From: Thecamonas trahens ATCC 50062
Taxonomy: Eukaryota > Protista > Apusomonadida
Assembly (NCBI RefSeq): GCF_000142905.1
Contig: NW_013657650.1
Coordinates: forward strand, 268,420-332,419
Direction: 5' to 3'
DNA: 64,000 bases
Positions within the stretch are counted from its first letter, which is position 1; each line of letters begins with the position of its first letter. Position numbers and translations under genes: made by a program. Below are positions 55,328 to 64,000 of the stretch, piece after piece. Below the pieces are notes generated by a model. The model was not told the DNA's origin. It saw only the letters and a program-made list of their open reading frames with translations, and searched no databases.

Positions 55328-57655
55328 TTAGACCTTGGGTGCCGACCGGTCGTTGGTGACGGTCTTCTTGAGCTTGGCGCCCTTGTGAATAGAGGAGAGG
55401 AGAGCGCCACGGCCACCACCACCGCCGGCGCCGCCCTTCTTCTTGTTCTTGTTCTTGTTCTTGCCCGACGATGGAGGCGGGGCTGGCGGAGGCGGCGGGC
55501 CACCACCGGACGGTGGCGGAGGCNNNNNNNNNNNNNNNNNNNNNNNNNNNNNNNNNNNNNNNNNNNNNNNNNNNNNNNNNNNNNNNNNNNNNNNNNNNNN
55601 NNNNNNNNNNNNNNNNNNNNNNNNNNNNNNNNNNNNNNNNNNNNNNNNNNNNNNNNNNNNNNNNNNNNNNNNNNNNNNNNNNNNNNNNNNNNNNNNNNNN
55701 NNNNNNNNNNNNNNNNNNNNNNNNNNNNNNNNNNNNNNNNNNNNNNNNNNNNNNNNNNNNNNNNNNNNNNNNNNNNNNNNNNNNNNNNNNNNNNNNNNNN
55801 NNNNNNNNNNNNNNNNNNNNNNNNNNNNNNNNNNNNNNNNNNNNNNNNNNNNNNNNNNNNNNNNNNNNNNNNNNNNNNNNNNNNNNNNNNNNNNNNNNNN
55901 NNNNNNNNNNNNNNNNNNNNNNNNNNNNNNNNNNNNNNNNNNNNNNNNNNNNNNNNNNNNNNNNNNNNNNNNNNNNNNNNNNNNNNNNNNNNNNNNNNNN
56001 NNNNNNNNNNNNNNNNNNNNNNNNNNNNNNNNNNNNNNNNNNNNNNNNNNNNNNNNNNNNNNNNNNNNNNNNNNNNNNNNNNNNNNNNNNNNNNNNNNNN
56101 NNNNNNNNNNNNNNNNNNNNNNNNNNNNNNNNNCCCGAGGCCATCTTCTCCACGTACGACTCGGGGAACCAGCCCTCGCGGCCGGAAGAGTCGCGGCCCT
56201 TGACCCAGCCGTCGTCAAACTCGTTGAGCGAGGTGATGACGTCACCCTCGCGGAGCGGGAGTGACTCGGCGTCCCCATCGTTAAAGTCGTACAGCACCAT
56301 GTAGCGGACAGCCTGAGTGTCGGCGTTCGAGGCGCGGCGGACAGGGGGTGGCGGGGCCATGGAGAGCGACGGCGGGCGGGCGCCGGTGGTGGCGTAGCCG
56401 CCGCCGCCGCCACCGCCACCACCGCCGTAGCCGTAGTCATTGGTCTCGTACGCGACGCTGCCGCCGCCGCCACCGCCGACAAAGGCGGCGTCAGCGGCAG
56501 AGCGGTCCTCCTGGATGGCGACGTACGTCCGCTCAACCTTGTCAACAATGTTGGCGGTGGCCTCCGGCAGGTCGTCGGGCGAGAGCGAGAGATTGATCCA
56601 GTGGCCGAGGCGCTCCTTGAGCTTGACGGCCGATGCCTCGTGAGCTTCGACCTCGCACTTTGTGAGCGTCGAGTAGTGCATGAGGAGGAAGCAGAAGCGG
56701 CGGCGCTCCTCAACCAGCGCCTTGCGCAGGCAATCAGCGCGCATGTCATCACGAGCAGTGACCGAGTCGGTCACGCCTTGCAGCGCCTGCATCAGGTGGT
56801 CAGTCGTCGTCTTCTTGGACTTTTTCATCGTCGCCTTGGACACCTTGGCTGACGTCTTCTCGGCCTGCGCCACGTTCTTTTCCTCGGCCTTGTTCCGTGA
56901 CTTGTACTCCTTCTCCAGCGCCACAGCCCGGTCCTTGTACGTTTGCACCGACTCGGCAAGCGGCGCAATGACGTCGTTGAACAACGAGTCGATCACCGCG
57001 CCGCGCTTGATCTCGGCCAGCTCGTGCGCCTCGACCACCTCGGTCAGTCCCTGGCCCAGATCCGCGGTCGATCCACGGGCCTCACACGCCTCGCGTGCCA
57101 GAAACGAGAACTGGTGCAGGAACTCCTGCGCTGCCGACGAGGCGGCCACCAGCGACGAGTGGTACTTTTGGGAGGCTTTGAGGAACTGCCCACGCCAGCA
57201 CCGAATCGCCCAACCGTCGCCACCCATTTGTTCGCCATAGTGAGTGAGTCAGCCAATGAACCACGAGCCGAGAGAGAGAGGGATCAGCCTGGCTTCGGCC
57301 TTGGCGCTTGCTTGGCGCTTGCCTAGCCCTCATCACCTCGACAACTTCTTCCCGTCTCCAAGCGGCATGAGGAGGAGCGGTGGGGCTGTGACGATAAATT
57401 GAGGGAGAAATAATCGTTAAGCGCAAGTGGGGGGGGGGCGGGGAGGAATAGGGAGGTAACGATTAATTCAAGGAGAAATTATGGTTGACCAGGGGCCAGA
57501 AGCGAGGGGGTGGAGGGAGGGGAGGGGGCACAGAGTCATTGGTCGTTGAACCAGGATAAACAACAACGTACGTTCTCCCAGAGTGGAACCGTCTTCTTGA
57601 GCTTGTGGGTGACGGCGAGAATGCTCTCATGCATAGCCTCGGTCTTGGTTGCCAT
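55328..57655 (-). CDS. I-BAR (IMD)-SH3-polyproline-WH2 protein (IRSp53/MIM-like); intron 57186-57571; spans an N-gap
   Basis: Spliced PLWEN|FLKASQKYHSSL and ALVEERRRFCFL (IMD); VLYDF....LPLREGDVI....DGW.KG....GWFPESYVE (SH3); GRGALLSSIHKGAKLKKTVTNDRSAP (WH2) after the gap. Confidence 0.85.
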
Positions 57656-57667
57656 GGTGAGGTTGAG

Positions 57668-57900
<233 letters not shown>

Positions 57901-58777
57901 AAAGGACGAGAAACAAGGTTGTCCAAGGTAGGTAGGTACACGCGTTAGCTGGCCTCTTGGTCTCGAGGTGCAAGCAGGTGGAGGTCAGGGCGCGAGTGGA
58001 ATGGCCCTCGTCGTCGTTCAATTGGCCAACAACAGCAGCGTGGCTGGGGAACGGTTGAGGCGGTGACTACGCCATGAAAAAAGCGTTGCCAGGCAACAAG
58101 CCTGCCTTCTTTGCTCTGCCTTGCTGAGCTCGCATTAGCAATTTGTTCTGCATATCAGCTCGAAACCACCATCTGCCACGGTCTTCTACCTCTTGTGCTC
58201 GTTTTCCTCTTCCTCCTCCCTAGCCTCGGCCCGCTTTGGACGTCGTCATCACCTGCGGGGGTTGCAACTGCGGCTGGTTTCCGCCGTGTCGCTTCGGCAA
58301 AATTTTGCCTAGCACACCGCAACCAGCCGCACCAGCGGGAGCACCCAGCACTGCAGTGACCGCGGGCACCCCCCACAAGCTCAGAAGCGACGGTAGTGCA
58401 TTAGAGGTGGTGGCGAGCTGATTTGGCTTGGGTGTGGGTGTGACCTTCCGTCGACAGCCACCGGCCTGGTCCACCCAAACGAGGCGACCCAGTGGCAAAC
58501 ACGTGGCTAGCCAACCGACCGCCGCCGGCAGCAACAACATGGGCTGTGGAGGGGAAGGGCATCCATGGCCATGGTTCAACTCTGTCGAAATCGCTCCCAC
58601 GGGGGGTAGTAGTTGTCAAAGGGCATGCCGGTAGTCATGGGCTCCTCGGCAGAACGAGTTGTTCTGCTGTGGCATGGATATGATGGCGACTTGAGGCCGC
58701 AGCCGTCTGCTGCTCTGCTACACCACCGCACATCACAAACCGCATTTGTCTCGAGCCATCGATCCAAGCGGTCGTAC

Positions 58778-60693
58778 ATGCATCAGGGCATGTGGTGCAC
58801 TTTGCGGTGGGCGAGTGTGGTGCAGATGGTGGCGAGCGTGTATCTCTGTGCCATGCTCTCGTTGCTGCTCCAGTGGGAGCCACTATTGTCGGCCATCGGT
58901 GCTGCGCCTGCGAGCCGTCTGCCTGCGAGCTCATGGCCGCATCTCATCACCTTCCTCACCTCGAGCCATGTCGGTCTCTCGGTCGACGACGCGTGTACTA
59001 GCCTGCTTGTCCTTGGTCTGGCGTGTGCCGCCGTTGCAGCGGTGGCTGCACCTAGGCTGGGGAGCTTGGCTATTGCGGTGGCCATGGGTGCGGCGTGGAC
59101 GGCGTACGCGGCGGTGGTGGCCATGGGCGGCGTCTTTCTCTCCTTTCAGTGGGATCTGCTGCTGCTGGAGACTGGCGGCATTGTGGCGGGCGTGAGTCTG
59201 GCCGGGCGGAGCGGGGTGCGGCTCGGGCGGATGCTCCTCACGCTCCTCGCCATCAAGCTGATGCTCGGCTCGGGCGCAGCCAAGATGACGGCCGAGTGCT
59301 GGACATGGACCGAGCTCCGTGCGCTCTCGTTTCACTTTGCCACGCAGTGCATCCCGACGCCGCTAGCACCGTGGTTTGCGGCTCTTCCGCGCTGGCTCCT
59401 TGCTGCGGGGTGACCGGCACCTTTGCTGCCCAGATCTGGGCGCCCATCGTTTGGCTCCTCTTCCTCCCGTTTGGCGCCGCCGTCCACGCCGTCAAGCTTG
59501 TCTCGGCCGGCCATCTGCTATTCCAAGCCACCATCATGGCCTCGGGCAACTACACGTTCTTCAACCTTCTGGCGATGATTCTTTGCGCGGCGCCGGCGAT
59601 CGACACCCCTGACATTGTCCCGCTCCTGCCCTCGTTCAACTACGGCGCGTCGGCGGTGGCGGGAGCAAGCGTCGCTGCTGCTGCCGCCTCGTGGTTTACC
59701 TGGGCCCCGGCCGACGGCCTGGCGCTGGGCGTCTCGTCGGGCGCGGTCTCGTCGCAGCTCGCCACCCTGGTGGTCCTTGTCATCTGCGTCGGCCTAGTCT
59801 ATGGCGTCCTCGAAGTGGCGCTGATGGTGTACCGGGCGCGGTCGGTGGCGAGCGTGGTTGTTGCGGGCCTAGCGCTCACCTGGCTCGCGCTGTTTGTTGT
59901 GACCATGGCAGTGGCGTCGCCCGAGGCCAACATGGCGCTGCAGGGCGGGCTCTCGCGCGAGTTGTATGCGACGCTGCGGTGGGCGGCCTACGCATCGCGG
60001 ACGGCATCGTCGTACGGGCTCTTCCGGCGGATGACCGGAATGGATCCGGCGGCGTCGCCCGACGTCCCGCTGGTGGCGCGGCCTGAGATCGAGCTCGAGT
60101 ACTCGCTGGATGGCGGCGGGACGTGGGCGGTCCTCCCCTGGCGATACAAACCGAGCTCGCTTGACGGGCCGCTCCGCTTCGTCGCGCCGCACCAGCCGCG
60201 GCTCGACTGGCAGATGTGGTTTGCGGCGCTCGGCTCGTACCAGCACGCGCCGTGGCTTGTCCGCCTCGCGCTGCTCCCGCTGGCCGCGCCGGAGCGGGTA
60301 GTTCCGACCCTGCTTCCGATCCTGGGCGACGGCGCTGACGCCGTCCTCAACGCCACCGCCATCGCTGCGGCGCTGCCGCGCTCTCGACTTGTCCGCGCCA
60401 CCCTCTTCCACTATGCCTTCACTGGATCACGCGCGGCAGCGGCGGCCGGCTCCAAGATCAGCCCCGCACCCTGGACGGCCGGGAGCGTGTGGGAGCGCGC
60501 CACCGCGGCCTCGTACTTTCCACCGATCTCGCCTGCCCAGCCGCAGGTCGCCGCCTTTATCGGTGAGCTGACTCCGAGCAAGGCGACACTCTTGGGCGAG
60601 CTCCGGCGACTTGCCACCGTCCATCTCGCGCCGCATGCTTTTGGTCTCTGTTGCGCCATGTGCTTGGCTCCTCTCCTCGGCTGGGTTTGGTGA
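58778..60693 (+). CDS. Lipase maturation factor (LMF2-like); frameshift at G4 run 59407-59410; start uncertain
   Basis: FLSFQWDLLLLETG, KLMLGSG..K, HFATQCIPTPLA, SGNYTFFNLL, SYGLFRRMTG, RPEI, YKP, PHQPRLDWQMWFAAL. Confidence 0.9.
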
Positions 60694-60874
60694 GGTGGTG
60701 AGAGCAGAGCAATGAGTTTTACCTCTGATTCGATGTTGATCTGTGATGGGGCGAGTGTGTGATGATGGGGCGAGTGTGTGGTATGGGGCAGCGGGCGGCT
60801 GTGACGGGGTAGGGCGGGCGCTCACGGAGCAACCAACCAACCAACCGCAGCAAACCTCTCTCGGTACCTCTACC

Positions 60875-60928
60875 ATGGCGGACAACCCGAACAGCATGCC
60901 CAAGTTCTTCCAGTTCCGCCCGCCGCAT
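60875..60928 (+). CDS. Probable exon 1 of the NDUFB2-like complex I subunit (MADNPNSMPKFFQFRPPH)
   Basis: ATG followed after 18 codons by the donor GTACGT; phase 0 matches the exon at 63465. Confidence 0.55.
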
Positions 60929-61989
60929 GTACGTGTTGAATACACTCGTTATTGTCCCTCTACTTCTGGACGAACACCCGTAATTGGGATGGTAGTGGGT
61001 TTGGGAAGGGGTGAGGAGGCGGGGAAGGGGGGGCGGGAGGATGGCGACCACGAATTTGTAGCCTAGCGGGGCTTGGATGAGGAGGTGCTTAGTCATGCGT
61101 ACAGAGAGGAAGAAGGAGAGGAGGGCATGGGAAAGTAGACACGGAAGAAGAGAAGGCAAAGAAGTATGCGTGTGTAGAGTATGGATGATGTCTTGGATCC
61201 CTACCGGTTGTAGGAGGTGCTCCCGTACCCCCCCCCCCCCCCCNNNNNNNNNNNNNNNNNNNNNNNNNNNNNNNNNNNNNNNNNNNNNNNNNNNNNNNNN
61301 NNNNNNNNNNNNNNNNNNNNNNNNNNNNNNNNNNNNNNNNNNNNNNNNNNNNNNNNNNNNNNNNNNNNNNNNNNNNNNNNNNNNNNNNNNNNNNNNNNNN
61401 NNNNNNNNNNNNNNNNNNNNNNNNNNNNNNNNNNNNNNNNNNNNNNNNNNNNNNNNNNNNNNNNNNNNNNNNNNNNNNNNNNNNNNNNNNNNNNNNNNNN
61501 NNNNNNNNNNNNNNNNNNNNNNNNNNNNNNNNNNNNNNNNNNNNNNNNNNNNNNNNNNNNNNNNNNNNNNNNNNNNNNNNNNNNNNNNNNNNNNNNNNNN
61601 NNNNNNNNNNNNNNNNNNNNNNNNNNNNNNNNNNNNNNNNNNNNNNNNNNNNNNNNNNNNNNNNNNNNNNNNNNNNNNNNNNNNNNNNNNNNNNNNNNNN
61701 NNNNNNNNNNNNNNNNNNNNNNNNNNNNNNNNNNNNNNNNNNNNNNNNNNNNNNNNNNNNNNNNNNNNNNNNNNNNNNNNNNNNNNNNNNNNNNNNNNNN
61801 NNNNNNNNNNNNNNNNNNNNNNNNNNNNNNNNNNNNNNNNNNNNNNNNNNNNNNNNNNNNNNNNNNNNNNNNNNNNNNNNNNNNNNNNNNNNNNNNNNNN
61901 NNNNNNNNNNNNNNNNNNNNNNNNNACACACACACACACACACACACACACTCTCTCTCTCTCTCTCTCATACACACCCTTGTGCTATC

Positions 61990-63135
61990 ATGTTTGTCCG
62001 CCGTGCACTCCCCACCCTCTACCGACCCATGATGGCGCATGGTCTTCGTAGTGTGGCATCGATGGTGCAGTACAGTGAGTACGGCTCGCCCAAGGAAGTG
62101 CTTGGTCATGGACCAGCGGCGCCACCACCACCGCCAGCTGATGATGAAGTTGTGGTAGAGGTCCTGGCGGCACCAGTGAACCCGGCAGATATCAACACAA
62201 TTCAAGGTGTCTATCCTCGGAAGCCTGCCCAGTTGCCGGCAGTGGGCGGCAATGAAGGCGTGGCAGTGGTTCGCCAAGTCGGCGCAAAGGCGACCAACCG
62301 CTTTGTGCCCGGTCAGTGGGTCATTCCGGCTGCACCCATGCTCGGCTGGTGGCGGACGGAAATGACGGTCCCTGCCGATGCACTCATTGCTCTGGATCCG
62401 TTGGTGCCCGATGGTTGTCCAGCAGCAGAAGCCCTTGATCTGGCACAGGCAGCGACGCTGACGGTCAACCCGACGTCGGCCATGCGCATGCTCGCAGACT
62501 ATGTGGATCTCGACCAGGCCGGCATGTTTGTGCAGAATGGGGCTAACTCGGGAGTGGGCCGGGCAGCCATCCAGATTGCCAAGGCTCGCGGCATTGCCTC
62601 GATCAACGTGGTGCGTAAGCGGGCAAGTCCCGAGGCGGACGCGGCGCTGGCGGACGAGCTGTACGCGCTTGGCGCGTCGCTGGTGGTGACCGATGAGGAG
62701 GCTGCGGACGCGCGGGGCATGGCGTCCAAGCTTCGGAAGGTGGCCGGCAACGAGGCGGAGGCCAAGCCCCAGCTCGGGCTCAACTGCGTCGGCGGGCGGT
62801 CATCAGTGAGCCTGGCCAAGATGCTCGCACATCGCGGGGTGCTCGTCACCTACGGCGGCATGTCCAAGCGACCGGTAACGCTCCCGACAGGCCTTCTCAT
62901 CTTTAACGACATCGAGGCGCGTGGTTTCTGGATGACTCGCTGGATCGAGAGCGCGAGCTCCGAGGCCAAGCACGCCATGTACGCCCAGCTTGTGGCGTGG
63001 ATGGCGAGTCGCGAGCTCACGGTCGAGGCGCAGGCGTATCCGTTTGACACCGATGGCCTCGCAGCTGCGCTGGCTGCGCTCGACGGACCGTACACTCCGG
63101 CCAAACCGCTGTTTGTCATGCCCGCGGCACTGTGA
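61990..63135 (+). CDS. MECR: Mitochondrial trans-2-enoyl-CoA/ACP reductase
   Basis: APVNPADINTIQGVY, GGNEGV, ATLTVNPTSA, QNGANSGVG, LNCVGG, TYGGMS, LIFNDI..RGFW; presequence-like start. Confidence 0.92.
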   Translation: MFVRRALPTLYRPMMAHGLRSVASMVQYSEYGSPKEVLGHGPAAPPPPPADDEVVVEVLAAPVNPADINTIQGVYPRKPAQLPAVGGNEGVAVVRQVGAKATNRFVPGQWVIPAAPMLGWWRTEMTVPADALIALDPLVPDGCPAAEALDLAQAATLTVNPTSAMRMLADYVDLDQAGMFVQNGANSGVGRAAIQIAKARGIASINVVRKRASPEADAALADELYALGASLVVTDEEAADARGMASKLRKVAGNEAEAKPQLGLNCVGGRSSVSLAKMLAHRGVLVTYGGMSKRPVTLPTGLLIFNDIEARGFWMTRWIESASSEAKHAMYAQLVAWMASRELTVEAQAYPFDTDGLAAALAALDGPYTPAKPLFVMPAAL

Positions 63136-63152
63136 AGCGGCTTGAGGCGGAC

Positions 63153-63305
63153 CTAGATCTCTTCGGCAAAGAGCTCCATCTGCTGCATGTGAGCGGCCAT
63201 GGCCTCAACAGTGGCGACGGACGAGTCGTCCGAGACCGTCGACGGCGGGTGTGATGCGGCGGAGGATGATGCGGGCGGCGGCGGGCGACGGCGGCGACGG
63301 CTTAG
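63153..63305 (-). other. Possible orphan 3' end of a coding sequence (..SRRRRRPPPP..AMAAHMQQMELFAEEI*)
   Basis: Coding-like frame ending in TAG 17 bp from the MECR stop, convergent as for other gene pairs here; it runs into a C/G homopolymer with no clear 5' part. Confidence 0.3.
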
Positions 63306-63464
63306 CCCCCCCCCCCCTCCCCCTTTGCCTCGTCAGTCGACAGAATCCAGGCGTGTCGGCTCACTCGGCTTGGCATGGGGAACCGCACTTGCCGCCCGCC
63401 CGCTCCTTTGCACGCTGATTTGGTTTCCGGGAGAGACTCACATATTGTTGGTTGGTTGGAACAG

Positions 63465-63635
63465 GTTGCTGGCTGGCATCGCAAGGCTGCCGTGGCTGCT
63501 GGAGCCGTCTGCTGGTTCTGGATCATGTACCGGGCCAAGCAGGATCTGCCGGTCATGCTCGGCATGCGCCACCCGTGGGAGGGCCACGGCCACGGCGACG
63601 GCCATGGCGATGATCACGCCCACGGCGAGCACTGA
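63465..63635 (+). CDS. NDUFB2: NADH dehydrogenase subunit NDUFB2 (AGGG)-like, last exon
   Basis: WHRKAAVAAGAVCWFWIMYRAKQDLPVMLGMRHPWEGHGH matches the plant/fungal-type WFW..YRAKQD.PV..G.RHPW motif; preceded by ACTCAC..CAG. Confidence 0.8.
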   Translation, partial: VAGWHRKAAVAAGAVCWFWIMYRAKQDLPVMLGMRHPWEGHGHGDGHGDDHAHGEH

Positions 63636-64000
63636 ACATCGCTCTCCAATCTTTGCCTGAATGGTCCGTCATTGATCCGTTCTCCGCTGCAGGCGAGGCG
63701 GGGCAGCCGGCCGGACTCGGCCATCGGCTCACCCTGCCTCTCCCTTCCACCCTCCGCCTTTCACACCACCCTTCCACAACATCCTCCCCTCACACATGCC
63801 ACTGCGCATCCATTCGCGTCACACCCTGTGTTGTGGTCGCAAGCCTAACCCCGCGCACTGAAGCCCAGGCCCCAAGGCCCAGGGCGGTCTCTTTCAAACA
63901 CCCCCTCCCCTCCAAGTTCTACCTCACCACATGCATTCCCCATGTCCTACCATGTAGCTACTGCCATAGTCCTTCCCCCTCCCCTCTTCTCCCCCCCCCC

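Noticed and set aside
57950-58770. Short ORFs between the I-BAR and LMF genes
   Set aside because: No motifs or coding bias; probably divergent promoter/UTR sequence.
59401-59415. TGA readthrough or selenocysteine in the LMF gene
   Set aside because: Downstream homology continues in a different frame, so it is a frameshift rather than readthrough.

Overview
GC-rich, gene-dense, intron-poor eukaryotic DNA from a draft assembly with 7 N-gaps. The mix of a CatSper-beta-like subunit, a paxillin-like LD/LIM protein, SH2 domains, NEDD4 and flagellar CCDC96 points to a flagellated unicellular relative of opisthokonts. An apusomonad such as Thecamonas is my inference, not verified. About 28 protein-coding genes are supportable; no rRNA, tRNA, transposon or CRISPR array was seen. 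All family assignments come from motif recognition, not database searches. Ten single-base deficits, many at short homopolymers, split otherwise intact genes and look like sequencing errors. Nine introns, mostly near gene 5' ends, can be reconstructed with shared signals (mostly GTACGY...ACTCAC...AG). Top observation: a ~1400-aa three-part fusion at 9892-14090(-) made of a polytopic membrane domain, a catalase-related heme domain (allene-oxide-synthase-like) and a PLAT-less lipoxygenase with an R-type Gly and atypical iron ligands, i.e. a candidate membrane-embedded single-chain oxylipin synthase. Other unusual items: a myosin with two CAP-Gly domains, an RA-C2-6xWW-HECT ligase, a ~2850-aa CH-CH/coiled-coil/filamin-Ig protein, an SH2-SH2-RING protein, a Tudor-less SMN, a BRAT1 homolog, a higher-order 26/30-bp satellite, and an NDUFB2 gene whose apparent intron contains MECR (nested gene or misassembly).
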